The notes under the pieces: generated by a model
Told to the model about the DNA's origin: nothing
Database searches by the model: none
Seen by the model: only the letters and a program-made list of their open reading frames with translations
Shown: positions 16,785 to 24,862 of the stretch, piece after piece
Layout: each line of letters opens with the position of its first letter
How positions within the stretch are numbered: position 1 is the first letter of the stretch
Assembly: GCA_035249605.1 (NCBI GenBank)
Contig: DATFGI010000063.1
Coordinates: 65,196 to 129,195, forward strand
Reading direction: 5' to 3'
Source of the DNA: Acidimicrobiia bacterium
GTDB taxonomy: Bacteria > Actinomycetota > Acidimicrobiia > Spongiisociales > ZC4RG35
Length of the DNA: 64,000 nt
Position numbers and translations under genes: made by a program

Positions 16785-17213
16785 TCATGGTGCGGAGTCA
16801 GGCTCCGGCTCGCCGCCCTCCGCGGCGATCCCCAGCCGAGCGATGTAGCGATTCCAGCCCTCGGTGTGGATTCCCACCTCTTCGGCAGGCAGGCCGCGGT
16901 GGGTCAGTCGAAGCCGCGTCCCCGAACCTTCGGGACGAAGTTCGATCTCGACGGTCGACGCACCGGGTGGAAGCTCGGGATGCTCTTCCCAACCCCAGGT
17001 GAAGACGACACTCCGGTTCGGTACCAGCTCCACGAAGCGCCCGCCGGCTGTCGCCCCGTTGGGCATGGCGATAGCGAGCGCGCCACCCGGCCGCGGCTCG
17101 AGTTCGACACCGACGCCCTGCCAGCGCGCCCACTTGGAAGGGTCGGTCAGGTACTCGTAGACCACCGAGGGTGGAGCCGCGATGACCCGCTCAACGACTA
17201 TCGGATCGCTCAT
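16785..17213 (-). CDS. SRPBCC/AHSA1-family protein
   Basis: 142 aa. VERVIAAPPSVVYEYLTDPSKWARW is typical of Aha1/START-like SRPBCC proteins. Overlaps the end of the upstream ArsR gene by 23 nt. Confidence 0.8.
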   Translation of the reverse strand: MSDPIVVERVIAAPPSVVYEYLTDPSKWARWQGVGVELEPRPGGALAIAMPNGATAGGRFVELVPNRSVVFTWGWEEHPELPPGASTVEIELRPEGSGTRLRLTHRGLPAEEVGIHTEGWNRYIARLGIAAEGGEPEPDSAP

Positions 17214-17517
17214 CCGAGGTGTCCTTCTCTATCGTCTCCGCCAACTGGTCGAGCGTGTCGGCCCACATCGCCTCCAGCACGAGACGCAGCGAGCCGAGCC
17301 GTTCCCGGTCGGCTCGATACCAGCGTCGATTGCCCTCTCGCCGGACGCTGACCAGACCCGCCTCGCGCAGAACGCCGAGATGTTGGGACACCGCACCAAA
17401 GGTCACGTCGAAGTGGGCAGCGATGTCACCAGCCGACATCTCGTCGGCCCAAACCAGGGCGAGGATCTCACGGCGTCGGGGCTCAGCGATCACCTGAAGG
17501 GCATCCACCACGAGCAT
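17191..17517 (-). CDS. ArsR/SmtB-family transcriptional regulator
   Basis: 108 aa. Winged-helix motif ALQVIAEPRRREILALV...SAGDIAAHFDVTFGAVSQHLGVLREAGLV. Confidence 0.88.
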   Translation of the reverse strand: MLVVDALQVIAEPRRREILALVWADEMSAGDIAAHFDVTFGAVSQHLGVLREAGLVSVRREGNRRWYRADRERLGSLRLVLEAMWADTLDQLAETIEKDTSDERSDSR

Positions 17518-17585
17518 TTTAGTTCATATTGAAATACGGGCGAGGCCGAGATATAGTCGGCGCTTAAATAGATCAAGGAGACCGA

Positions 17586-18020
17586 GTGATGGGCGATTAC
17601 GCGATCAAGGCACAATTGTCCGCACGGTGCCCTCAGGACGAGGTCAGACGATGGCTGGACAGCCCCGCCGGCATCGCCGGCTGGTGGTCCGACCGGGTCG
17701 AAGGGGCGGCAGCCTCGGTCGGGGACCGGTTCCGGGTGAGCTTTCCCACCACACCCGTAGTTTTCGAGCTCGTCGTGGAAGAGACCTCGGACCAGCTGAT
17801 CGACTGGCACGTGCCCGAGAGCCCGCCCTGGTGGAAGGGAACTCACATAGTGTTCGAGCTGTCGAGCGGCGACGGGGAGACCACGCTGCTATTCACCCAC
17901 CGGGGTTTTGACCCCGAAGATCCCATCATTCAGGTCATCACACCGGCGTGGGTCCGCTTCCTCGACAACCTGGTCGCGGTGGCCGAGTCTGGAAAGCCGC
18001 GCCCGGCCGTCGTCAACTGA
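17586..18020 (+). CDS. SRPBCC/AHSA1-family protein (second paralog, divergent from arsR)
   Basis: 144 aa with a START-like fold signature (WWSDRVEG...FRVSF...TLLFTHRGF). AAGGAG RBS at 17574-17579. Confidence 0.8.
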   Translation: MMGDYAIKAQLSARCPQDEVRRWLDSPAGIAGWWSDRVEGAAASVGDRFRVSFPTTPVVFELVVEETSDQLIDWHVPESPPWWKGTHIVFELSSGDGETTLLFTHRGFDPEDPIIQVITPAWVRFLDNLVAVAESGKPRPAVVN

Positions 18021-18098
18021 CGGAACGGCCGTCCAAGAGCTGACCGCCTCGATCCGGCGGCCTCATCAAATCGTCGGATTCAGGCTTTACTTGTTGGG

Positions 18099-18521
18099 GT
18101 GACCCCCGACCAGCGTCTCCACGAGATCGCCGAGGCCCTGTCCATCCCCAGAGTGCAGCGTCACATCTTTCTGTGCGCCGACCAGACCAATCCCAAGTGT
18201 GCTCCGCGTGAGGAGACCAACGCGCTTTGGCGTCATCTCAAGACCCGCCTCAAGGAGGTGGGGGCTTCTTCGGCGCCGCCCAAGTGGCAGGGTGACATGG
18301 ACCACGATCCCGCTCCGGAGGTCCCGGGGACCGGGACGGTGCTGCGCACCAAGGCCGACTGTCTACGCATTTGTGAGCAGGGCTGCATCGCAGTGGTCTA
18401 CCCGGAGGGCACCTGGTACGCCGGTTTGGACATCGAGAAGTTGGACCGGATCATCGACGAGCACCTCATCGGCGGCACCCCGGTCGAAGACCTGGTCTTT
18501 GCTGTGGGCGACCTGAGGTGA
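18099..18521 (+). CDS. Thioredoxin-like [2Fe-2S] ferredoxin-domain protein
   Basis: 140 aa. HIFLCADQTNPKCAP ... CLRICEQGC cysteine pattern and VVYPEGTWY are typical of the (2Fe-2S) ferredoxin / DUF1271-like family. Confidence 0.72.
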   Translation: MTPDQRLHEIAEALSIPRVQRHIFLCADQTNPKCAPREETNALWRHLKTRLKEVGASSAPPKWQGDMDHDPAPEVPGTGTVLRTKADCLRICEQGCIAVVYPEGTWYAGLDIEKLDRIIDEHLIGGTPVEDLVFAVGDLR

Positions 18522-19420
18522 GCCCCTGGCTGAGACGTCTCGGCTGGCTGGCACTGTTGTGGAGGCTGTTCGGGCCCCGGATCCAGCCCAAGTTCGAGCC
18601 TCCCCAGGAGCACCCGCTCCGGATCCCGGGCCGCACCGTGTTCGTCGGCGATGACGAGTATCTGGTCCGGGAGATGGGTGTCGGCGACGGGGCCCCGATC
18701 CTCCTCGTCCACGGGCTGGCCGGGGCCTCTCTCACCGAGTGGTATCAGATCGCGCCGAAGCTGGCTGTGGAACGAAGGGTGATCCTGGTGGATCACCGCG
18801 GGCACGGGCTGTCCACGCGTGGTGATCTTCGTTTCGAGGTGGAGGACGATGCCGACGATCTCGTCGGGGTCCTCGATGCTCTCGGTGTCGGCGAGGCCGA
18901 CGTGGTCGGCTACTCGATGGGTGGGGTGATCGCCCAAGCCATGGCCTCCCGACACCCGGGACGGGTGCGCAAGCTCGCCTTGATCGCGACCTTTGCCTCA
19001 CATTCGGAGGGGTATCGCTGGCTGCGAAGGGTCGGCGCCCTGATCAGCCGGGCCTGGGAGCGACTCGTCGGGTTCGGCACGCCGGAGGTGCGCAGCGGTT
19101 ACCTGATAGCGCGGGGTGCGGTCCGGCCCGAGCACGCCCGCTGGATGTGGCGGGAGACCCTGCGTCATGACCTGGAGAGTGCTGCTCAAGCCACCTTCGC
19201 CCTGCTCCGTTTCGACTCCAGGGACTGGGTGGGCCGTCTCGGCGTGGAGACCATGGTCGTGGTCCCCACCGAGGATTTCCTCGTGCCCGCCGGTTGGCAA
19301 TACCAGCTCGCCGACGCCATCCCCGGCGTCGAGCTGGTCGAGGTGGAGGGGGCGCGCCACGAGCTGGTCTGGACCCACGCCGACCGGGTCGCCGACGAGC
19401 TGCGGCGTTTTCTCGCGTGA
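18518..19420 (+). CDS. Alpha/beta-fold hydrolase
   Basis: 300 aa with a GTGA overlap onto the ferredoxin stop. HG oxyanion motif LLVHGLAG, nucleophile elbow GYSMGG, and C-terminal GARHEL histidine. Confidence 0.85.
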   Translation: MSPWLRRLGWLALLWRLFGPRIQPKFEPPQEHPLRIPGRTVFVGDDEYLVREMGVGDGAPILLVHGLAGASLTEWYQIAPKLAVERRVILVDHRGHGLSTRGDLRFEVEDDADDLVGVLDALGVGEADVVGYSMGGVIAQAMASRHPGRVRKLALIATFASHSEGYRWLRRVGALISRAWERLVGFGTPEVRSGYLIARGAVRPEHARWMWRETLRHDLESAAQATFALLRFDSRDWVGRLGVETMVVVPTEDFLVPAGWQYQLADAIPGVELVEVEGARHELVWTHADRVADELRRFLA

Positions 19421-19425
19421 AACCA

Positions 19426-19534
19426 CGAACCCGGGGTTCCTGGCGCCGGATACGGCGCGACGAACCCGGGGTTGCGCGGCTCCCACGAACCCGGGGTTCC
19501 TGGCGCCGGATATGGCGTGACGAACCCGGGGTTG
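19426..19534. repeat. Two tandem REP-like composite palindromes, core type 2 (period 60 bp)
   Basis: CGAACCCGGGGTT-CCTG-GCGCCG-GATA-CGGCGC-GA-CGAACCCGGGGTTG at 19426-19474. It repeats at 19486-19534 with two C-to-T changes in the core stem. Confidence 0.9.
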
Positions 19535-19569
19535 CGCGGTTGGGCGTCCTGCCGTATACGGTCCTCTCG

Positions 19570-20013
19570 ATGCCACGACGTGCCGCGATCGCGCTCATCG
19601 GGCTTCTCGGCGCCGCCTGCGCGCCCGGTCAACCCGACACGGTGGCCCCGAGCACGACCGTGATCGCGGGATCCTCCACCTCGGTGCCGCCGACCACCGC
19701 AGCAATGGCTCCGGCGGCCACCACGACCGTCGAGCCGGCGTCAACGACCACCGCGAGCGCGGACCGCTACGAGATCGTCGACGGGGAGTTCAAGGGACCG
19801 GGCTCGTTCGCGGTGACGGTCGGTGACACCTTCCGGATCGAGGTTGTTTCGGATCGCGGTGGGGAGCTCCACGTTCACGGCTTCGACCTGCTGTTCGAAC
19901 TGGCTGCCGGCGAGGTCACGCTGATCGAGGTCGTCGCCACCGCACCCGGGATCTACGAGGTCGAGTTGGAGGGCAGCCACGCCCATCTCTTCGACATCGA
20001 GGTCGGTGGTTGA
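19570..20013 (+). CDS. Secreted lipoprotein, beta-rich, possibly cupredoxin-like; His-rich C-terminal part
   Basis: Starts at ATG 19570 (MPRRAAIALIGLLGAAC lipobox). T/P/A linker, then ~85 aa with HVHGFD and GSHAHLFD. The upstream part of the track ORF (19294-) merely translates the REP repeats. Confidence 0.6.
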   Translation: MPRRAAIALIGLLGAACAPGQPDTVAPSTTVIAGSSTSVPPTTAAMAPAATTTVEPASTTTASADRYEIVDGEFKGPGSFAVTVGDTFRIEVVSDRGGELHVHGFDLLFELAAGEVTLIEVVATAPGIYEVELEGSHAHLFDIEVGG

Positions 20014-21302
20014 TCCTCGCTCACGCCATCGGTGGCCGCACCGATCTGCCCATCCCGACATCGATCCTCCTCTTCGCGTCGGCGGCCGTCCTGGTGATCA
20101 CCTTCCTCGGCCTGTCCCTCATCTGGCCCCGGCCCCGTCTCCAGGAAGGGCCCCGCTACGAGGAGGGTCTGGTGGCAATCCCTACCCGGCCCGTCTTCGG
20201 CCTCCTGGGGTTGCTCGCGCTGCTCCTCGTGATCGGACAGGTGGTGCCCGACTTGCTCGACCTGGAGCGAGAGACCCTCCGGGCCACCATCGCTCCGGTC
20301 ACGGTCTGGGTGGTCTTCTGGCTGGCAGTGCCTTTCCTCGGTGCGCTGTGGGGCAATTGGTACACCGACCTCAACCCCTGGCGCGCACTGGGGCGCCTCG
20401 GGATCGGGAGGATGGAGCGGATCGGACTCCCGCACTCGCTCGGTGTCTGGCCCGCCACGGTCACCCTGGTCTGCTTCGCCTGGCTCGAGCTGATCTACCC
20501 CGCGTCGGGCGATCCGGTCGTCCTCGGTATCGCCGCCATCATCTACACGGGGTGGCTACTCGGGTGGATGGCGATGGTGGGCAGGGAGACCGCCCTCGCC
20601 GTGTTCGACGTCTTCACCCCCTACAACCGGCTCATCTCGGCGATCTCCCCCCTGGGAAGACGAGACGACGGTCGGCTGGTCTGGCGTGGATGGCTCCGCT
20701 CCCTGCCGGTGCTTCCCGAGTGGCCCGGGTTGTGGGCCTTCGTGGCCGCGATGATCGGAACAGTCAGCTACGACGGGGCTTCGGGTGCGGCTTGGTTCCG
20801 CAACCTAACCGGTGGGATCGGCGAGACGACCGCAGGCGCCAGCTTCCTGCTGGTCGCAGTGGTGGGCGTGGTCATGTTCGGCTATTACCTGGCCTGCTGG
20901 CTGGCGGCCCGGAGCAGCGGCGGCGACTGGAGCCCGGACCGGGTGGCCCGGAGATTCGCCCATACCCTGGTGCCCATCGGTCTGGCCTACGCGGTCTCTC
21001 ACTACTTCACGCTGATCTTGTTCGAGGGACAGCAGGTGCTGGCCGCGGTGTCCGATCCGTTCGGGTTGGATTGGGACCTGTTCGGTACCGCCGATCGGCG
21101 TGTCCAGTTCTTCCTCACCTCATCGACGGTGATTTGGTTGCTCCAGGTCGGGTTTATCGTCATAGGGCACATCGTCGGGGTGATCCTCGCCCATGACCGG
21201 GCACTGCTCGACTTCGGGCCGGATGCGGTCAGGTCGCAGTATGCGATGCTCGGTCTGATGATCGCTCTGACCAGTCTGGGCCTGATGATTCTCTCCGGAT
21301 GA
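20010..21302 (+). CDS. Polytopic integral membrane protein (about 10-12 TM), function unknown
   Basis: 430 aa with a TTGA overlap onto the lipoprotein stop. Hydrophobic throughout. No family recognised by eye. Confidence 0.7.
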   Translation: MILAHAIGGRTDLPIPTSILLFASAAVLVITFLGLSLIWPRPRLQEGPRYEEGLVAIPTRPVFGLLGLLALLLVIGQVVPDLLDLERETLRATIAPVTVWVVFWLAVPFLGALWGNWYTDLNPWRALGRLGIGRMERIGLPHSLGVWPATVTLVCFAWLELIYPASGDPVVLGIAAIIYTGWLLGWMAMVGRETALAVFDVFTPYNRLISAISPLGRRDDGRLVWRGWLRSLPVLPEWPGLWAFVAAMIGTVSYDGASGAAWFRNLTGGIGETTAGASFLLVAVVGVVMFGYYLACWLAARSSGGDWSPDRVARRFAHTLVPIGLAYAVSHYFTLILFEGQQVLAAVSDPFGLDWDLFGTADRRVQFFLTSSTVIWLLQVGFIVIGHIVGVILAHDRALLDFGPDAVRSQYAMLGLMIALTSLGLMILSG

Positions 21303-22198
21303 CCGAATTGCACTACCCCGCCACCGTCGAATTGGCCCCGGCCACCCGCTCCCGGCTGGCCGCGTATGTCGCGTTGACCAAGCCCAGGATCATCGAGCTG
21401 CTTCTGATCACCACGGTTCCGGCGATGGTCCTCGCCGCCCGAGGCTGGCCCGGCACTTGGCTGGTGGTGGCCACGCTCATCGGGGGCACCCTTTCCGCGG
21501 GCGGGGCGAACACCCTCAACATGTTCTACGACCGCGACATCGACGAGGTGATGCGACGCACCAGCTCACGGCCGTTGGCTCGGCACGAGGTCTTGCCCCG
21601 CAACGCCATGATCTTCGGGATCGCGCTGGGGATCGCCGGCTTCGCCTGGCTCTGGGTGTTCACCAACCTCCTCGCCGCCCTGATCTCCACCGCCGCCCTC
21701 GTCTTCTACGTCCTCGTCTACACCCGGATGCTGAAGCGGGTCACGGTGCAGAACATCGTCATCGGCGGGGCTGCCGGGGCCGCGCCCGCCCTGGTGGGAT
21801 GGGCCGCGGTCACCGGAACCGTCTCGGTCCCGGCATGGGTGCTCTTCCTCATCGTCTTCTACTGGACACCGCCCCACTTCTGGGCACTCGCCGTCCGCTA
21901 CCGGGACGACTACGCCGCCGCCGGGGTCCCCATGCTCCCAGTGGTCGCAGGGATAGAGACGACCACCAGGCGCATGCTTCTCTACACCGCACTCATGGTG
22001 GGAGTCTCGCTGCTCCTGGTGCCCCTGGCGACCATGTCCTGGGTCTATCTGGCGGCCGCGGTGATCCTGGGCGGTTGGTTCCTCTGGGACACCTGGCGTG
22101 TCGTCGCCGACCCGGGTCAGGCGATGCGGCTGTTCACCACCTCCACCGTGTACCTCTCCGCCCTGTTCGCCTCGGTCATGCTCGACGTGTTGCTGTGA
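21299..22198 (+). CDS. ctaB: Protoheme IX farnesyltransferase (heme O synthase) CtaB
   Basis: 299 aa with an ATGA overlap. UbiA-family motifs LTKPRIIELLLITT and NMFYDRDIDEVMRRTSSRP. Confidence 0.92.
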   Translation: MTELHYPATVELAPATRSRLAAYVALTKPRIIELLLITTVPAMVLAARGWPGTWLVVATLIGGTLSAGGANTLNMFYDRDIDEVMRRTSSRPLARHEVLPRNAMIFGIALGIAGFAWLWVFTNLLAALISTAALVFYVLVYTRMLKRVTVQNIVIGGAAGAAPALVGWAAVTGTVSVPAWVLFLIVFYWTPPHFWALAVRYRDDYAAAGVPMLPVVAGIETTTRRMLLYTALMVGVSLLLVPLATMSWVYLAAAVILGGWFLWDTWRVVADPGQAMRLFTTSTVYLSALFASVMLDVLL

Positions 22199-23019
22199 GT
22201 CGCCTCCTCGCCGCCGCAGTCTGCCTGCTGACGCTGGCCGCGTGCTCGGGGAATGCCGACACCGACGGGCGAATCGCGTCGAGCCCGGGCACGATCGGGG
22301 TGGGAGAGCAGCGCATCCTGGTGGCGGTCACCGATCGCCCCACCGGTGGTCTGGTGGCCACACCGGACATCACCCCGGTGGCCATCCTTCGTGACGACAT
22401 CGGCTCTCCCCTCGGCGAATACGAAGGCGAGTTCGTCTGGACGATCCCCGATGTCCACGGGCTCTACGCCTTCCAGGTGGACATCCCCGGGCCGGCCACT
22501 TATCAACTCACCATCGACGCCGGGTCCCTCGGCGAGCTGGGGCCCATCGGGTTCGTCGCCGCTGAGGACCCGATCCAGGTCACGGTGGGTGATCAGGCGC
22601 CGCAGTCGGACACCCGGACTCTCGAAGACGCCGGAATGGACGAGCTCACCTCGGATCCCACCCCCGAGGAGTTCTTCTATCAGATGTCGGTGGCCGAGGC
22701 GGTGAGCTCGGGGCCGTCGGTGATCGTCTTCGCCACACCGGAGTGGTGCACCTCACGGGCGTGCGGTCCCATGCTCGACCAGGTGGGTGCCATCGCGCCC
22801 GACTACCCCTCGCTCAACTTCGTGCACGTCGAGGTCTACGAGAACATCCAGGTGCCCGATCCCAACGACCTGGTCCTGGTGCCAGCTGTCGAGGAGTGGG
22901 GGCTTCCCACCGAGCCCTGGCTATACGTCATCGACGACGCCGGAACCGTGACCGCCGCGTTCGAGGGCGCCGTCTCCGACGATGAGTTGCAGACGGCCCT
23001 GGACGCGGTGGCGGGTTGA
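22195..23019 (+). CDS. Lipoprotein with C-terminal thioredoxin-like fold (atypical WCxxxxC motif)
   Basis: GTG 22195 (GTGA overlap with the ctaB stop) gives VSRLLAAAVCLLTLAAC, a signal peptide with a lipobox. The C-terminal VIVFATPEWCTSRACGPMLD resembles the TlpA/Sco-type thioredoxin fold. The first 246 codons of the track ORF (21457-) overlap ctaB out of frame. Confidence 0.7.
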   Translation: MSRLLAAAVCLLTLAACSGNADTDGRIASSPGTIGVGEQRILVAVTDRPTGGLVATPDITPVAILRDDIGSPLGEYEGEFVWTIPDVHGLYAFQVDIPGPATYQLTIDAGSLGELGPIGFVAAEDPIQVTVGDQAPQSDTRTLEDAGMDELTSDPTPEEFFYQMSVAEAVSSGPSVIVFATPEWCTSRACGPMLDQVGAIAPDYPSLNFVHVEVYENIQVPDPNDLVLVPAVEEWGLPTEPWLYVIDDAGTVTAAFEGAVSDDELQTALDAVAG

Positions 23020-23651
23020 CCGGCTCGGCCACCGGTCTCCCGACCGACGAGGCCGCACGTCTCCTCCGGCGGTCCCTCCTCCTCGAGTACGCCACCATCG
23101 GCTGGAATGTGGGCGAGGCCGTGCTCACCATCGCACTGGGCTCGGTGGCCGGGTCCCTCGCCCTGATCGGGTTCGGCACGGTGTCGGTAGTCGAAGTCTT
23201 CGCGTCGTCGGTGGTTGTGTGGCATCTCCGCTCTCCCGACGACCAGCATCACGTCCGCCGCACCCGGGTGGCGCTTCGCCTCATCGCCGGGGCATTCCTG
23301 GTCCTTTCGGTCGCCCTGGTCGTCGCCGCCATCGGCGACCTCGTCTCGGGGCGCCGAGCCGGCGAGTCTCATTGGGGGATCGCCTACCTGGCCATCACCG
23401 CCCTGGTCATGTTCGGCCTCGCCCGGGCCAAGCGGCGTCTGGCCGACAGCCTCGACTCGGGACCGCTGCGCTCGGAGGCAACCGTCACCTTTCTCGATGG
23501 CATCCTCTCCACATCCACCCTGGTCGGACTGGCTCTCAACGCCTACCTCGGAGTGTGGTGGGCGGATCCCCTCGCCGGTCTGCTGGTGGCTGTGGCCGCC
23601 GCCAACGAGGCCCGCCAGACCTGGGCGGAGGCCGGCGAGCTCGCCGAGTAA
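23016..23651 (+). CDS. Cation-efflux (CDF-like) transmembrane-domain-only protein
   Basis: 211 aa with a TTGA overlap. LEYATIGWNVGEAVLTIALG..SLALIGFGTVSVVEVFAS resembles the N-terminal TM bundle of cation diffusion facilitators. No cytoplasmic domain. Confidence 0.6.
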   Translation: MTGSATGLPTDEAARLLRRSLLLEYATIGWNVGEAVLTIALGSVAGSLALIGFGTVSVVEVFASSVVVWHLRSPDDQHHVRRTRVALRLIAGAFLVLSVALVVAAIGDLVSGRRAGESHWGIAYLAITALVMFGLARAKRRLADSLDSGPLRSEATVTFLDGILSTSTLVGLALNAYLGVWWADPLAGLLVAVAAANEARQTWAEAGELAE

Positions 23652-23670
23652 GCGGTATGCCCTCAAACCG

Positions 23671-23720
23671 GCAACCCAGGTTTCCCACCACCAAAAACCT
23701 GGGGTAGGAACCCTGGGTTG
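23671..23720. repeat. REP-like composite palindrome, decayed core type 3
   Basis: GCAACCCAGGTTT-CCCACCACCAAAAACCTGGGGTAG-GAACCCTGGGTTG. Lies between the CDF-like gene and ctaC. Confidence 0.7.
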
Positions 23721-23797
23721 GCGTGATCAGGCGGTCGCGCCGGGTGGAGACGGCCAAGTTGGGCGCTACTTCTCAATGTTCGTATGATGCCGTCCCG

Positions 23798-24862
23798 ATG
23801 GCTCCACTTCGCCGACGCCTGACCCGTCTCGCCGCAATCGTCGGCCCGGCGGTCCTCCTCGCCGGCTGCGCCATCATCGAGGTCGACGACAACCCGCTCA
23901 CCACCCTCGAGCCGGCCGGTCCCAACGCCGAGCAGATCGACGGGCTGTTCTGGATGGTCTTCTGGATCGCCACCGGGGTCTTCGCGTTGGTCATGGGCGG
24001 ACTGCTGGTCATCGTGTTCTTCTTCAGGGACCGGGGCAATGGTGATGCCAAGGAGCCGAAGCAGCTTCACGGCAATCCCAAACTCGAGGTGGCGTGGACG
24101 GTGATCCCGGCCCTCATCCTCGCCGCCATCGCCGTCCCCTCGGTGTCGTCCATCTTCGAGCTGACCGAGTGCAGCTCCGATGCGATGGAGATAGAGGTCA
24201 TCGGTCACCAGTGGTGGTTCGAGTACTACTACCCCGACCACGACTTCCGCACCGCCAACGTGATGGTGATCCCGACAGGACAGGAGATCTGCGCCGTGAT
24301 GACCTCCGACGACGTGATCCACAGCTTCTGGGTTCCCGCCCTCGCCGGGAAGAGGGATGTGATCCCGGGTCAGACCGAGATACTCCCGTTCCAGGCTGCC
24401 GAGCCCGGTGACTATTGGGGTCACTGCGCCGAGTTTTGCGGTCTCTCCCACTCCCTGATGCGAGCCCGGGTCCAGGCGCTCCCGCGAGCCGAGTTCGACT
24501 CCTGGGCTGCCGCGCAACAGGAGCCGACCCATCTTCCCGCCGAGGGGGAACCGGGGTACGAGGGCTATCAGGTGTACCTGAACAAACAGTGCATCCAGTG
24601 CCATCAGGTCCGCTTCGACGAAGCGGAGGCCTCGGTCCTGGTCCCGCCTGAGGCCTTCCACGGGCCCGAGCTGACCCACTTCGCCTCCCGTGACGTCTTC
24701 GCCGGCGCCACGCTCCCCGAGGAGGGCGAAAGCCACGATGAGGCCTTGGCCCGCTGGTTGGCGGACCCGCCGACGGTCAAGCCGGGCAGCTACATGCCCG
24801 ATCTGGCATTGACGGCACAGGAGATCGACGCACTCGTCGTGTGGCTGGAGGGCAACGAATGA
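23798..24862 (+). CDS. ctaC: Cytochrome c oxidase subunit II with fused C-terminal cytochrome c (caa3-type)
   Basis: Starts at ATG 23798 (signal/lipobox LLAGC). CuA motif HSFWVP...GHCAEFCGLSHSLM. C-terminal heme c site CIQCH. Confidence 0.92.
   Translation: MAPLRRRLTRLAAIVGPAVLLAGCAIIEVDDNPLTTLEPAGPNAEQIDGLFWMVFWIATGVFALVMGGLLVIVFFFRDRGNGDAKEPKQLHGNPKLEVAWTVIPALILAAIAVPSVSSIFELTECSSDAMEIEVIGHQWWFEYYYPDHDFRTANVMVIPTGQEICAVMTSDDVIHSFWVPALAGKRDVIPGQTEILPFQAAEPGDYWGHCAEFCGLSHSLMRARVQALPRAEFDSWAAAQQEPTHLPAEGEPGYEGYQVYLNKQCIQCHQVRFDEAEASVLVPPEAFHGPELTHFASRDVFAGATLPEEGESHDEALARWLADPPTVKPGSYMPDLALTAQEIDALVVWLEGNE

Noticed and set aside
21457-22194. N-terminal extensions of several track ORFs: 21457-23019, 19294-20013, 33267-34091, 33869-35278, 42129-43862, 43382-44527, 52142-53545, 10285-12249 and 6465-7766
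   Set aside because: The extensions overlap the preceding gene out of frame or translate repeats, and they are R/P/G-rich. Internal starts give canonical N-termini, signal peptides or 4-nt coupling overlaps, so I used those.
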